Below, in pieces: positions 24,161-36,005 of a DNA stretch of 64,000 bases (positions are counted from its first letter, which is position 1; every line of letters begins with the position of its first letter). Source of the DNA: Alphaproteobacteria bacterium. GTDB taxonomy: Bacteria; Pseudomonadota; Alphaproteobacteria; CAAHEQ01; UBA3637. The DNA lies in NCBI GenBank assembly GCA_045614025.1, contig JAZLCE010000027.1, positions 63,033 through 127,032 of the forward strand, in the 5' to 3' direction. The position numbers and the translations under genes are program-made. The notes under the pieces are model-generated. The model was not told the DNA's origin. It did not search any database and was given only the letters and a program-made list of their open reading frames with translations.

Positions 24161-24206
24161 ACTTTTTCCTTTTAAAATAATAATAAAAAATGGTTTAATC
24201 TTTATA

Positions 24207-25019
24207 TCACACTTCGTGCGTATTTTCAAGTATTTGCCCTAAACGAAGGGGAAAAATTTCTTTTGCACAGCCTGTTTTTTCATCAACATCAACAACAACA
24301 GCACAAAATGTTGCATTTTTTTCAGCTGGTTCTAATCTGCTTCTTTTTGCTTCAGTTAAAAATCTTGGAAACGCCAATTCTTTTTTCATACCAATAACCG
24401 AATCATAATCTCCACACATTCCCACATCAGACATATATCCTGTTCCTGAAGATAAGATATGCGCATCTGCCGTTGGAATATGAGTATGCGTTCCAACAAC
24501 AAGAGAGGCGTGCCCATCTAAATAATGACCTAAAGCAACTTTTTCAGCTGTTGCTTCCGCATGAAAATCAACAACTAAAACATCATAATCTTTGCCTTTT
24601 TTATATGTTTGCAACCACTTTTGAATTGATTCAAATGCGCTTTCGCTTGTTCGCATAAAAACATTTCCAAGCAATTGAACAACGGCAACTTTTACCCCGT
24701 TTGCAGATTGAATAATTGTGAATCCTTTTCCAATGGTATTTTCAGGATAATTCATCGGACGAATAATATTATCAGCTGTTTCCAAAATTGGGAAAATATC
24801 TGCTTTATCAAAAGAATGATTTCCAAGCGTGATCACATTAACACCAGCTTCCAAAAAGGCATTATATATTTTTGGTGTTATACCAAATCCATGAGCTGCA
24901 TTTTCACCATTAACAATAATAAAATCTAATTTGAATTTTTCTTTTAATTTTGGCAAATAAGATAAAACCAATTTTCTGCCGGATTTACCGACAACATCAC
25001 CGCAAAATAATATTTTCAT
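24207..25019 (-). CDS. YmdB-like metallophosphoesterase (TIGR00282 family)
   Basis: [15 protein letters not shown]...GENAAHGFG...GNHSFD calcineurin-like motifs. Confidence 0.7.
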   Translation of the reverse strand: MKILFCGDVVGKSGRKLVLSYLPKLKEKFKLDFIIVNGENAAHGFGITPKIYNAFLEAGVNVITLGNHSFDKADIFPILETADNIIRPMNYPENTIGKGFTIIQSANGVKVAVVQLLGNVFMRTSESAFESIQKWLQTYKKGKDYDVLVVDFHAEATAEKVALGHYLDGHASLVVGTHTHIPTADAHILSSGTGYMSDVGMCGDYDSVIGMKKELAFPRFLTEAKRSRLEPAEKNATFCAVVVDVDEKTGCAKEIFPLRLGQILENTHEV

Positions 25020-25022
25020 TCG

Positions 25023-25349
25023 TTATTCTTCTTTATTTGTTTCTTCTGACAAACCTGCTGTCAAAGAATTAATTTTCAATGTTAAATTTTGAATCAAATC
25101 AATAACTTGTTTTTGATTATCTAAATAAGTTCCACTATGTGCATTTTTTTCAATTTGACTTTTTTCTTCTGCCAACAATAAACACAACATTGCTAACAAC
25201 TGGCCTTCTTGCATAAAACCAATCGATTTTAACAACTTTTCTGCACGCGCATCTAAACTTTCCGCCAAAGAAGCCATATAACTTTCCTGCCCATCTGCGC
25301 AAGAAAACTTATAATATCTACCGCCGATTTTTAATGAAACAACAGCCAT
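25023..25349 (-). CDS. zapA: Cell division protein ZapA
   Basis: 108 aa. The N-terminal beta region VSLKIGGRYYKFSC plus a C-terminal coiled coil is characteristic of ZapA. Confidence 0.65.
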   Translation of the reverse strand: MAVVSLKIGGRYYKFSCADGQESYMASLAESLDARAEKLLKSIGFMQEGQLLAMLCLLLAEEKSQIEKNAHSGTYLDNQKQVIDLIQNLTLKINSLTAGLSEETNKEE

Positions 25350-25543
25350 TATTCACTCCCTTGATCTTGATGATATGTTGTTAATGCATTATCTAAACGT
25401 TCATAAGTTGTTTCGATAACTTTTTTCAACTCATCCACTTTTGCAATTGATTGTTCTTTATCTTTTTTTGTTTGCAATAATGCCGTCTCTAAAGAAACCA
25501 AAGCTCGTTCTAATCCATTAATTGCTTTTTTAATTTCTTCCAT
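25349..25543 (-). CDS. Small coiled-coil protein (DUF4164/ZapB-like partner of ZapA)
   Basis: 64 aa, all-helical heptad pattern. Its stop overlaps the zapA start as TAATG. Confidence 0.5.
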   Translation of the reverse strand: MEEIKKAINGLERALVSLETALLQTKKDKEQSIAKVDELKKVIETTYERLDNALTTYHQDQGSE

Positions 25544-25550
25544 ATTTCAC

Positions 25551-26144
25551 CTACACATTTCGCCTGGCCTTAAATGCAAGTTGCAAAGTGCCGTCATCTA
25601 AATAATCTAATTCACCACCCACAGGAACGCCCCGTGAAAGCGTTGAAACACTTATATTAAACTCACTTAATTTATCAGATAAATAATGAACTGTTGTTTG
25701 CCCTTCTACTGTTGCTGGAAGAGCTAAAACAACTTCTTTAATTGTTCCTAAAGCTGCTTTTTGAATCAGCGAATCAATTGCTAATTCATCTGGACCAACG
25801 CCATCTAATGCTGAAAGAACACCACCCAAAACATGATATGTTCCTTTAAACACCCCTGCCCGTTCAAGCGCCCAAAGATCGGACACATCTTGAACAACGC
25901 AAACAACCGATTTATCTCTTTTTTCATCTTGACAAATGGCGCAAGGCTTTAAAGTATCCATATTTCCACAAATAGGACAAGCATCCACCTTTTCAAGAAC
26001 CGTTTGCATTGCACCAACAAGCGGAACAAATTTACTTTCTTTTTGCTTTAACAATGACAAAACCGCCCGTCTTGCAGACCTTGGTCCCAAAGCAGGCAGT
26101 TTTGAAAGCAAACCGATTAATTGTTCAAGTTCCGGCGCCGCCAT
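25551..26144 (-). CDS. recR: Recombination protein RecR
   Basis: C4 zinc finger CPICGN...CAIC and a Toprim region. Confidence 0.9.
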   Translation of the reverse strand: MAAPELEQLIGLLSKLPALGPRSARRAVLSLLKQKESKFVPLVGAMQTVLEKVDACPICGNMDTLKPCAICQDEKRDKSVVCVVQDVSDLWALERAGVFKGTYHVLGGVLSALDGVGPDELAIDSLIQKAALGTIKEVVLALPATVEGQTTVHYLSDKLSEFNISVSTLSRGVPVGGELDYLDDGTLQLAFKARRNV

Positions 26145-26154
26145 TTATTCTTCC

Positions 26155-26478
26155 TTAGAATGGCATTTTAAAACCTGAAGGCAATCCAAGAGAAGATTGA
26201 ATTCTTTCCATTTCACTTGCCATTGCTGTATCAACATTTTCATATGCGGAACGCATAGCAACCAAAACCAAATCTTCCAATGTTTCTGTATCTTGTGGAT
26301 CAACAACAGATGGATCAATTGAAACCTTAACTGGAATATGCTTTCCTGTTACTGTTACTTTAACAGCACCACCAGCAGAAACCCCTTCAAATTCTTGCTT
26401 TTCCATCTTTTGTTGCAAGATTGTCATTTGAGATTGAACCATTTGAGCTTTTTTCATCAAATCGCCGATATTACGCAT
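26155..26478 (-). CDS. ybaB: Nucleoid-associated protein YbaB/EbfC
   Basis: 107 aa, typical ybaB-recR pairing. Confidence 0.88.
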   Translation of the reverse strand: MRNIGDLMKKAQMVQSQMTILQQKMEKQEFEGVSAGGAVKVTVTGKHIPVKVSIDPSVVDPQDTETLEDLVLVAMRSAYENVDTAMASEMERIQSSLGLPSGFKMPF

Positions 26479-26656
26479 ATTTTTCTCCTTAAAAATGAAT
26501 GAATAAACGTTATTTAAGGGTATTATAGAAAAAAAACTTTTAAAAGTAAACGATTATCTTTCATTTTTAACAAAAAGATTTAAGGAAAAAAGGCCGTTTC
26601 AAACTTTTTTATTTGAATATTTTTATCTTCCAACACAAAACATTAAATGGCATCAG

Positions 26657-28534
26657 CTAAAAACCTCCTCCGCCACCTCCGCCGGCACCACCACCGGCAC
26701 CACCACCAGAACCACCGCCGCCTGATCCTCCCGATGAAGAACTATGCGAAGTTGAGGCACTATGCAAACAGGAGCTAACACTTGAAAAAACAGACGCATC
26801 TGAAAAAACATCGTCATCCGGCGGTATAAAATTAAAGTATGTTTCCATTTTTTCACACCACTGATTTTGTAACCCAAGCAAAATGGCATAAGGCAATAAC
26901 TTTTCCATTTCAACTTGCTCAGGTGTTTTATCTTTTAAATCATCAGTTCCTTTTAAGAACATTTCTATTCCTTCTAAATGCTCTATCAAATCCAAACCTT
27001 TATCATAAACGCGAACAATAATGTATTTATAAAAAGCAACAATACAAGAAAATAAAAAGACAAAACACCATACTTTATAATCTGCCATACTTGTTATAAG
27101 CTCATCAACCTCTTTTAATAATAAATCAGAAAGCTCATATATAGCATGTAAAAACAAGAAACTAAAACAAGATAAAAAAACCGTCAATATGATCACACCA
27201 ACTGCAATTATAATCCAATTTTTACCTCTTGTAAAAACACTTAAAACAACATTTGAAAACCCAAGCGTTACACCACCCAAGATAAGAGAAACAAATAAAA
27301 ACGAAAAATCATTAAAATATAACATGAAAAAACAAAAACAAAAAACAAACATTAAAAATTTAAACATCAAAAGACATTTTGTGTTATATTTAAATAATAC
27401 AGATGTCTGTTTTTCAGAATATTGTTTATACTCTTCAACATACTTTACAAACGAAGAACTATATACCCCCTTTTTAAGCGAATACTTGTTTTTTGCCCTT
27501 TCAATAAAAAACTTTTCATCTGAATTGCTTGGCTTTATCTTCATATTTTTTTCAAGAGTTATTCCTTTTTTATCGGTTTTTATTTTTAACAATCCTTTTT
27601 GTGAAAGATATGCTAAATGAGGCATGATTAAATCACAAGAATCAATACCTAAACATTGATAATTCTTAAGAAAAAATAAAGCGCCCAATTTATTAAATTT
27701 AGGGATATCAAATCTTGGATAGGCAGGCCTTCTTATACCGTCTTCTCCATGTTTTTTCCATGAAAAATAAGCATAATATGCCACCCAATAGAACACAAAA
27801 AGTATAACTATTATAAATAAAATATTTACATACTTATTAAAAGGAATGCCTGGCTCTTGTATTTTAAAAAAACCTGAGTCAAAATCCACGTTCAAACTCA
27901 AAGCTTCTCGTTTTTTTAATCCATTTGGTAAATGAATTAAAATTTGATTATCTTGTTTTAAAAAGGGAGTGTCTTGATTTTTTGAACCATATTTCCCGAA
28001 AAATACTTTTGGTTCTTCTGCCAATGTGACACCAGAAGGCAAGCGAACAATGGCTGCAACGTCCAAAATATTAAACATCCATTCATTGCAAATCAAATTA
28101 TAATAAAACACATCCTGTATTTTCTCTTCATTATACCTTACAATATTTTGATGTTTATATGTTATTTTATATTCATAAATCCCCGGATAAATATATCGAT
28201 TCATATCCCCCAAATAAACACGTTTTTGATTATCTCCCCTTTTGGTGGTATAGGGAATATCTTTCCCATTTCTTGTTACAGATATAATTGAAACAGGAGT
28301 TTTTTCGCCCGCATAACGTGTTGGTAAATCCCTATAAATACCTCTTTTAATATCCTTACCTTGCGCTCTTACTTTAATTGTTTCGTGCACAAGCAAAGAC
28401 GAATCTTGATTTAATTCAGCATAAATATGATAAGATAAAATTTCTTCTTTTTGCACACTAGCATTTGCTATTAAATTGCAAAAAAAACAACCAAATAAAA
28501 AAACAAAAAGAAATAACGCTTTTTTAATCTTCAT
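26657..28534 (-). CDS. DUF2207-family membrane protein with a C-terminal poly-Gly/Ser tail
   Basis: Signal peptide, a central block of TM helices, and the tail SSSSGGSGGGGSGGGAGGGAGGGGGGGF. Its start overlaps the lemA stop (ATGA), the conserved LemA-DUF2207 pair. Confidence 0.65.
   Translation of the reverse strand: MKIKKALFLFVFLFGCFFCNLIANASVQKEEILSYHIYAELNQDSSLLVHETIKVRAQGKDIKRGIYRDLPTRYAGEKTPVSIISVTRNGKDIPYTTKRGDNQKRVYLGDMNRYIYPGIYEYKITYKHQNIVRYNEEKIQDVFYYNLICNEWMFNILDVAAIVRLPSGVTLAEEPKVFFGKYGSKNQDTPFLKQDNQILIHLPNGLKKREALSLNVDFDSGFFKIQEPGIPFNKYVNILFIIVILFVFYWVAYYAYFSWKKHGEDGIRRPAYPRFDIPKFNKLGALFFLKNYQCLGIDSCDLIMPHLAYLSQKGLLKIKTDKKGITLEKNMKIKPSNSDEKFFIERAKNKYSLKKGVYSSSFVKYVEEYKQYSEKQTSVLFKYNTKCLLMFKFLMFVFCFCFFMLYFNDFSFLFVSLILGGVTLGFSNVVLSVFTRGKNWIIIAVGVIILTVFLSCFSFLFLHAIYELSDLLLKEVDELITSMADYKVWCFVFLFSCIVAFYKYIIVRVYDKGLDLIEHLEGIEMFLKGTDDLKDKTPEQVEMEKLLPYAILLGLQNQWCEKMETYFNFIPPDDDVFSDASVFSSVSSCLHSASTSHSSSSGGSGGGGSGGGAGGGAGGGGGGGF
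26684..26707. repeat. Tandem 2 x 12-nt direct repeat (GGCACCACCACC) inside a GC-rich tract that encodes the poly-Gly tail
   Basis: Read directly at 26684-26695 and 26696-26707. An in-frame unit inside the CCACC-rich stretch 26665-26730. Confidence 0.8.
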
Positions 28535-29073
28535 AAAAAATCCTTCACATTTGGCACAACTTTTTCATGAGAGCCCTCTAATTGGAAAAAAGATTTATCG
28601 GAAAGCTTAAAGGTTTTTTTTAATAAGCAAATCGGAAATAAATTGATAAAGGAGTTAAATTTTCTTACCACCCCATTATAATAACGACGAGCATGTTGCA
28701 AATCATCCTCAATTAAAGACAATTCTTTTTGTATTTTTAAAAACGCTTCATCTGCTTTTAAATTTGGATAATCCTCTTTTAATCCCAAAATCAAACACAA
28801 TCCTTGCTCAAATTGATTTTCCAAATTTTCTTTTTTTTGCAATATTTTTTGATTCATTGTTTGATTTCTAAGACGAACAACTTCTTCAACAGTTTTCGAT
28901 TCATGTGTGCAATATGCCGAAACTGTTTTCACAAGATTAGGAACCAAATCATACCGGCGTTTCAATTGCACATCAACTCCGCTTTCGGCTTCAAGAATCA
29001 AATTTTTAAGATGGATGGTTTTATTATAGATAAAAATTAATCCAAGTATAAAAGCTAAAATAAAAATAAACAT
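28531..29073 (-). CDS. lemA: LemA-family membrane protein
   Basis: N-terminal TM (MFIFILAFILGLIF) then a helical LemA domain. Start trimmed to the ATG at 29073, which has an AGGGAG RBS. Confidence 0.78.
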   Translation of the reverse strand: MFIFILAFILGLIFIYNKTIHLKNLILEAESGVDVQLKRRYDLVPNLVKTVSAYCTHESKTVEEVVRLRNQTMNQKILQKKENLENQFEQGLCLILGLKEDYPNLKADEAFLKIQKELSLIEDDLQHARRYYNGVVRKFNSFINLFPICLLKKTFKLSDKSFFQLEGSHEKVVPNVKDFL

Positions 29074-29164
29074 ATCAAATCTCCCTGTTTGTTTTTTTAT
29101 AGAACAAAAAATGCCAGAATACAAGAATAATCACCCTGCACAAGAAAATAAAAAAAACAAACCC

Positions 29165-29192
29165 TTGACAAGAAATTTTTATTTACTATACT
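29165..29192 (+). promoter_or_regulatory. Near-consensus sigma70 promoter (TTGACA-16-TATACT) with no obvious downstream CDS
   Basis: -35 TTGACA at 29165-29170 and -10 TATACT at 29187-29192, in the lemA/lepA divergent intergenic region. Confidence 0.4.
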
Positions 29193-29247
29193 GAAGAGGA
29201 AGGTTTGGTTGTTTACCAACTAAATTTTTGTTACTTTTACCCTAAAA

Positions 29248-29283
29248 CGTTTATCATTTTTTGATAGGCGTTTTTTATTTTTT
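29248..29283 (+). terminator. Rho-independent terminator-like hairpin about 55 nt downstream of the orphan promoter
   Basis: Stem CGUUUAUCA/UGAUAGGCG (with G-U wobbles), loop UUUUU, then a T-run (TTTTTTATTTTTTA). Confidence 0.4.
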
Positions 29284-29299
29284 AAATTCTTTGAAAAGC

Positions 29300-29328
29300 T
29301 TGATTTTTTGATTTTTTTTTGGTATGAT
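29300..29328 (+). promoter_or_regulatory. Candidate lepA promoter with extended -10 (TTGATT-17-TGgTATGAT)
   Basis: -35 at 29300-29305, TG at 29320-29321, and -10 TATGAT at 29323-29328, about 25 nt upstream of the lepA ATG region. Confidence 0.4.
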
Positions 29329-29353
29329 ACGCCAAAATTAAAAGGAATAAAAA

Positions 29354-31156
29354 ATGACAGATTTATCACATATTAGAAATTTTTCAATCGTTGCCCATAT
29401 CGATCATGGCAAATCAACTTTAGCTGATCGACTCATCCAAAAATGCGGTGCTGTTTCAGATCGCGAAATGAAAGAGCAATTGCTTGACAATATGGACATT
29501 GAACGTGAACGCGGAATTACAATCAAGGCCCAAACAGTTCGCCTTAATTACAAAGCTCAAGATGGAAAAGATTATATTTTAAACCTTATAGACACGCCAG
29601 GACACGTTGACTTTGGGTATGAAGTTAGCCGTTCTTTGGCCGCTTGTGAGGGTTCATTATTAGTTGTTGATGCCTCTCAAGGCGTGGAAGCGCAAACGCT
29701 TGCCAATGTTTATAAAGCTCTTGATGCAAATCACGAAATTGTTCCTATTATCAATAAAATTGATTTACCAGCCGCTGAACCAGACAGGGTGAAAGCTCAA
29801 ATTGAGGATGTGATCGGTATTGATGCATCTGAAGCTCCGCTTATTTCCGCAAAAACAGGGATTGGAATTGATGAAGTTCTTGAAACAATTGTCACAAAAC
29901 TTCCAGCTCCTGAAGGAAACTCTGATGCCCCATTAAAAGCCATGCTTGTTGATTCTTGGTATGATTCATATTTAGGAATTATTGTTTTAGTGCGCGTAAT
30001 TGATGGAACGCTAAAAAAAGGCATGAACATTAAAATGATGGCAACAAATGCAGCTTACAAAGTCGAACGCTTGGGGCACTTTATGCCAAAAATGCAAGAC
30101 ACAACTGAACTAAAAACTGGCGAACTTGGCTTTATTATTTGCGGAATCAAATCAATCGGCGAAACACGAGTTGGTGACACGATTACTGATGAAAAAAATC
30201 CAACATCAGAAGCGCTTCCTGGTTTTAAACCTTCTTTAAGCGTTGTGTTCTGTTCCTTATTCCCTGTGGATATGAGTGATTATGAAAACTTAAAGGAATC
30301 ACTTGGAAAATTGCAATTAAATGATGCTAGTTTTCAATTCACACCAGATAAATCTCAAGCTTTGGGGCAAGGATTCCGTTGTGGTTTCTTAGGCCTTTTG
30401 CATATGGAAATTATTCAAGAACGGTTAAGTCGCGAATTTAATTTAGACTTAATTACAACAGCACCTTCTGTTGCTTATAATGTTCATATGACAAACGGAA
30501 ATATGACAACCATGCATAACCCAGCTGACATGCCTGATCCATCCTCTATTGTATTTATTGAAGAACCATGGGTAAAAGCTAGCATTTTAACACCAGATGA
30601 ATATTTAGGTGGTATCTTACAGTTATGCACAGAAAGACGTGGTGTTCAAAAAGATTTAACTTATGTTGGCAACAGAGCAATGGTTGTTTATCACTTACCA
30701 TTAAATGAAATTGTTTTTGACTTTTATGACCGTTTAAAATCCATTTCAAGAGGGTATGCTAGCTTTGATTATGAAGTTTCTGATTATGAAAAAAGCGATT
30801 TGGTACGCGTAAACATTATGGTTCATGGCGAACAAGTTGATGCCCTTGCCTTTTTGGCACACCGCTCCCAAGCAGAACGTCGTGGCCGTCAAATTTGCGA
30901 ACGGTTAAAAACACTTATTCCAAGACATCAATTTAAAATTCCAATTCAAGCCAGCATTGGTGGAAAAATCATTGCAAGAGAAGACATTTCTGCTTATCGA
31001 AAAGACGTAACGGCAAAATGTTATGGTGGCGATATTACCCGTAAACGCAAACTCCTTGAAAAGCAAAAAGAAGGTAAAAAGAGAATGCGTCAATTCGGGA
31101 ATGTTGAAATCCCACAAACGGCATTTATCAATGCCCTTAAAATAGGTGACGAATAA
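29354..31156 (+). CDS. lepA: Elongation factor 4 (LepA)
   Basis: 600 aa. G-domain motifs [18 protein letters not shown] and a LepA-specific C-terminal domain. Confidence 0.93.
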   Translation: MTDLSHIRNFSIVAHIDHGKSTLADRLIQKCGAVSDREMKEQLLDNMDIERERGITIKAQTVRLNYKAQDGKDYILNLIDTPGHVDFGYEVSRSLAACEGSLLVVDASQGVEAQTLANVYKALDANHEIVPIINKIDLPAAEPDRVKAQIEDVIGIDASEAPLISAKTGIGIDEVLETIVTKLPAPEGNSDAPLKAMLVDSWYDSYLGIIVLVRVIDGTLKKGMNIKMMATNAAYKVERLGHFMPKMQDTTELKTGELGFIICGIKSIGETRVGDTITDEKNPTSEALPGFKPSLSVVFCSLFPVDMSDYENLKESLGKLQLNDASFQFTPDKSQALGQGFRCGFLGLLHMEIIQERLSREFNLDLITTAPSVAYNVHMTNGNMTTMHNPADMPDPSSIVFIEEPWVKASILTPDEYLGGILQLCTERRGVQKDLTYVGNRAMVVYHLPLNEIVFDFYDRLKSISRGYASFDYEVSDYEKSDLVRVNIMVHGEQVDALAFLAHRSQAERRGRQICERLKTLIPRHQFKIPIQASIGGKIIAREDISAYRKDVTAKCYGGDITRKRKLLEKQKEGKKRMRQFGNVEIPQTAFINALKIGDE

Positions 31157-31198
31157 TTTTTTAATTCAATAAAATAATTAACTATTTGTTAAAAAAAT

Positions 31199-31228
31199 AA
31201 GCGCGCAACCCTTGACTTTTGCGCGCTT
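31199..31228. promoter_or_regulatory. Perfect 10-bp GC-rich inverted repeat (AAGCGCGCAA-N10-TTGCGCGCTT) overlapping a sigma32-like groESL promoter
   Basis: Read directly. The spacer contains CTTGAC, followed 13 nt later by CATACTAT (resembling sigma32 CTTGAA...CCCCATNT). No CIRCE (TTAGCACTC-N9-GAGTGCTAA) is present. Confidence 0.35.
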
Positions 31229-31275
31229 ACATACTATTTAATATACACCATTATTAAAGAAAGGAAGTATATACA

Positions 31276-31563
31276 ATGAACTTTAAACCATTACTCGATC
31301 GCGTTGTGATTAAACGCACTCAAGAAGAAAACAGAACAGCTGGTGGAATCATCATTCCAGACACAGCAAAAGAAAAACCATCACAAGGTGTTGTTGTTTC
31401 TGTTGGCCCTGGTGGTCGCGATGAAAGAGGGAACCTCATTCCAATGACGCTCAAAGAAGGTGATAAAGTTTTGTTCAGCAAATGGTCAGGCACAGAAGTT
31501 AAAATCAGTGGCGAAGATTTGTTGATTATGAAAGAAACAGATGTATTAGGTGTTTTAGAATAA
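31276..31563 (+). CDS. groES: Co-chaperonin GroES
   Basis: 95 aa. Mobile-loop and roof-hairpin pattern ([22 protein letters not shown]). Confidence 0.93.
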   Translation: MNFKPLLDRVVIKRTQEENRTAGGIIIPDTAKEKPSQGVVVSVGPGGRDERGNLIPMTLKEGDKVLFSKWSGTEVKISGEDLLIMKETDVLGVLE

Positions 31564-31568
31564 GTTAA

Positions 31569-33230
<1,662 letters not shown>

Positions 33231-33242
33231 GCCAAACAAATT

Positions 33243-33280
33243 AAAAAAATCCCTGCTTTTTAGTGGGGATTTTTTTTATA
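33243..33280 (+). terminator. groESL terminator hairpin
   Basis: AAAAAAATCCC...GGGATTTTTTT stem with a roughly 12-nt loop, followed by a T-run. Confidence 0.4.
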
Positions 33281-33380
33281 TATAACACTTTTATAAAAAC
33301 TTCTTTTTTTTATATAAATCAAAAAAAATATATAAGTAACTGTTAAATTATTTATAATAAACTCATTCTAATCATTAAAA

Positions 33381-33410
33381 AAAGGCGACCTTTGGGTCGC
33401 CTTTTTATTT
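33381..33410. terminator. Bidirectional terminator between convergent groEL and pnp
   Basis: Stem GGCGACC/GGTCGCC with loop TTTG, flanked by an A-run and a T-run, just downstream of the pnp stop. Confidence 0.55.
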
Positions 33411-33424
33411 AAGAAGAAAACATC

Positions 33425-35614
33425 TTATTCTGCTGTTTCTGTTGTTTCAACAGTTTCTTCTGAATGTTCTTTATGATGTTTTTTCTTATGTGGTTTTTCT
33501 TCCAATTGAACTGGTTCACCTGTTGTTTGGTCAACGCGTTTCATTGAAAGTTTAATCTTGCCACGGTTATCAATTCCCAAGCAAACAACTTTAACTTTAT
33601 CGCCTTCTTTTAACACATCAGCAACTTTTTCAACACGGTGAGGTGCAATTTCAGAAACATGAACTAAACCATCTCTTGTTCCCATAAAGTTAACAAATGC
33701 GCCAAAATCCATCAATTTCACAACAGTTCCATCATAGATTTGACCGATTTCTGGTTCACAAACAATGCCTTTAATCCAGTTCAATGCAGACTCACCTGCA
33801 CCACCATCAACTGAAGCAATGTGGATTAAACCATCATCATCAATATCAATTTTGGCACCCGTTTTTTCAACGATTTCTCTAATAACTTTACCACCTGTTC
33901 CAATAACATCACGAATTTTTTCTTTATCAATTTTATAAGAAATAATGCGTGGTGCATTTGGGCTTAATTCTGCACGTGGTTCAGCCAAAGATTCGGCCAT
34001 TTTACCCAAGATAAACAAACGACCTTCATGAGCTTGTTCAAGAGCAATAGCCATAATTTCTTTTGTGATAGATGTGATTTTAATATCCATTTGAAGAGCT
34101 GTAACACCATCTTTTGTTCCAGCAACTTTAAAGTCCATATCGCCCAAGTGATCTTCATCACCCAAGATATCAGATAAAACAACAAATCCATCTTTTTCTT
34201 TAATTAATCCCATTGCAATACCTGCAACAGGTTTTTTCATTGGAACACCAGCATCCATTAATGCCAATGTTGAACCACAAACTGTTGCCATTGATGAAGA
34301 ACCATTTGATTCCATAATTTCAGAAACAACACGCAATGTGTATGGGAATTCTTCTTTGCTTGGCAACATTGGATGAATGGCGCGCCATGCTAATTTACCA
34401 TGACCAATTTCACGACGACCCGGTGAACCCATGCGACCAACTTCGCCAACAGAATATGGAGGGAAGTTATAATGCAACATAAAGTGTTCTTTATATTCGC
34501 CTTGCAATGCATCAATAATTTGTTCATCTTCGCCTGTTCCAAGTGTTGCAGTTACAAGAGCTTGTGTTTCACCACGAGTAAACAATGCAGACCCATGTGT
34601 TTTTGGCAAGACATTAACTTCTGTTTCAATCACACGGATTGTTTTTGTGTCACGGCCATCGATACGAAGACCTGTGGATAAAACCATATCACGAACTGTT
34701 CTTGCTTCCAATTCATGGAAAACTTTATCGCAAATTGCATCTTCGGCTTCTCTATCAGCAAATAAAGCATGAGCTTTTTCTCTGATCACAGAAATTTGAT
34801 TTAAACGATCTAATTTATTATGAATATGATAAGCTTCTTTTAATTCTTCGCCTAAATTTTCCAAGATTTCAGAACGAACTGTTGCATATTCTGCAGGTTC
34901 TTCTTTCACATCCCATGGATCTTTAGCACATTCTTCAGCTAATTCAATAATCATATCGATAACTGGTTTAATGCTTTCATGACCAAAAGCAACAGCGCCT
35001 AACATTGTTTCTTCTGAAAGTTCTTGAGCTTCAGATTCAACCATTAAAACGCCTTCTTTTGTTCCAGCAACAACCAAATCTAATTTGCTTGATTTAATTA
35101 AATCTAAATCTGGGTTTAAAACATATTCGCCATCAACATAACCAACTCTAGCGCCACCAATTGGGCCCAAGAATGGAATACCAGAAATTGTTAACGCTGC
35201 AGAAGCACCAATCATGGCAATGATATCTGGTTGTGTTTTTAAATCATGGCTAAGCAATGTTACCGTCACTTGTGTTTCATTGTTAAAGCCTTTAACAAAT
35301 AAAGGTCTGATTGGACGGTCGATTAAACGAGATGTTAAAATTTCAGCTTCAGATGGTTTACCTTCGCGCTTAAAAAATCCCCCAGGGATGCGACCAGCTG
35401 CATAGCTTTTTTCAATATAGTTAACTGTTAATGGAATAAAATCTTCAAACGTATCTGGTGATTTCTTGCTTGCACAAACAGCTGCATGAACCATTGTGTC
35501 CCCATAACGAACAATCACGGCACCATCAGCTTGACGTGAGATTTTACCTGTTTCAATGGAAAGTATTTTGCCCCCCCAAACGATTTCTTTCTTAAATGTT
35601 TTAAAAATTGTCAT
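33425..35614 (-). CDS. pnp: Polyribonucleotide nucleotidyltransferase (PNPase)
   Basis: Two RNase PH domains plus KH and S1. Start trimmed to the ATG at 35614, which has an AGGAA RBS. Confidence 0.93.
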   Translation of the reverse strand: MTIFKTFKKEIVWGGKILSIETGKISRQADGAVIVRYGDTMVHAAVCASKKSPDTFEDFIPLTVNYIEKSYAAGRIPGGFFKREGKPSEAEILTSRLIDRPIRPLFVKGFNNETQVTVTLLSHDLKTQPDIIAMIGASAALTISGIPFLGPIGGARVGYVDGEYVLNPDLDLIKSSKLDLVVAGTKEGVLMVESEAQELSEETMLGAVAFGHESIKPVIDMIIELAEECAKDPWDVKEEPAEYATVRSEILENLGEELKEAYHIHNKLDRLNQISVIREKAHALFADREAEDAICDKVFHELEARTVRDMVLSTGLRIDGRDTKTIRVIETEVNVLPKTHGSALFTRGETQALVTATLGTGEDEQIIDALQGEYKEHFMLHYNFPPYSVGEVGRMGSPGRREIGHGKLAWRAIHPMLPSKEEFPYTLRVVSEIMESNGSSSMATVCGSTLALMDAGVPMKKPVAGIAMGLIKEKDGFVVLSDILGDEDHLGDMDFKVAGTKDGVTALQMDIKITSITKEIMAIALEQAHEGRLFILGKMAESLAEPRAELSPNAPRIISYKIDKEKIRDVIGTGGKVIREIVEKTGAKIDIDDDGLIHIASVDGGAGESALNWIKGIVCEPEIGQIYDGTVVKLMDFGAFVNFMGTRDGLVHVSEIAPHRVEKVADVLKEGDKVKVVCLGIDNRGKIKLSMKRVDQTTGEPVQLEEKPHKKKHHKEHSEETVETTETAE

Positions 35615-35707
35615 ATTATTTTCCTTCATACATACAAAAGACTTAAAACCCATTTTCAAGTCTTGAAAGGGGATCATCCCTTGATGACCCCCTTTAAAAT
35701 TTTTTGG

Positions 35708-35977
35708 TTATTTACGTAAACCTAAACGTTTGATGAGTTCGCCGTAACGGTTTTCATCATCTTTCTTCAAATAAGCAAGCAAACGACGACGATTTGAAAC
35801 CATTTTAAGCAACCCACGTCTTGAGTGGTGGTCATGTTTGTTTGATTTCATGTGTTCTGACAAATAGTTAATTTTAGCTGTCAAAACTGCAACTTGAACT
35901 TCTGGTGAACCTGTATCACCATCTTTAATTGCGTAATCTGTGATAATTTGCTTTTTCATTTCTTTTGAAAGCGACAT
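35708..35977 (-). CDS. rpsO: 30S ribosomal protein S15
   Basis: 89 aa. Conserved rpsO-pnp linkage and [11 protein letters not shown] motif. Confidence 0.93.
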   Translation of the reverse strand: MSLSKEMKKQIITDYAIKDGDTGSPEVQVAVLTAKINYLSEHMKSNKHDHHSRRGLLKMVSNRRRLLAYLKKDDENRYGELIKRLGLRK

Positions 35978-36005
35978 CGTTAATTTCCTTTCTTAAATAT
36001 TAAAT

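Noticed and set aside
26653-26913. 86-aa plus-strand ORF overlapping the DUF2207 3' end
   Set aside because: It is generated by the GC-rich CCACC repeat that encodes the poly-Gly tail on the other strand, translating to VVVPVVVPAEVAEE. Low-complexity artefact.
29199-29260. Leader peptide starting from the TTG after GAGGAAGG in the candidate sRNA region
   Set aside because: The TTG is only 2-3 nt from the putative SD and there is no ATG in the segment. A 19-codon ORF of Phe/Tyr/Val is implausible. It is kept as a non-coding candidate instead.
31157-31275. CIRCE (HrcA operator) upstream of groES
   Set aside because: I searched this region for TTAGCACTC-N9-GAGTGCTAA and near variants. Only the unrelated GCGCGC palindrome is present.
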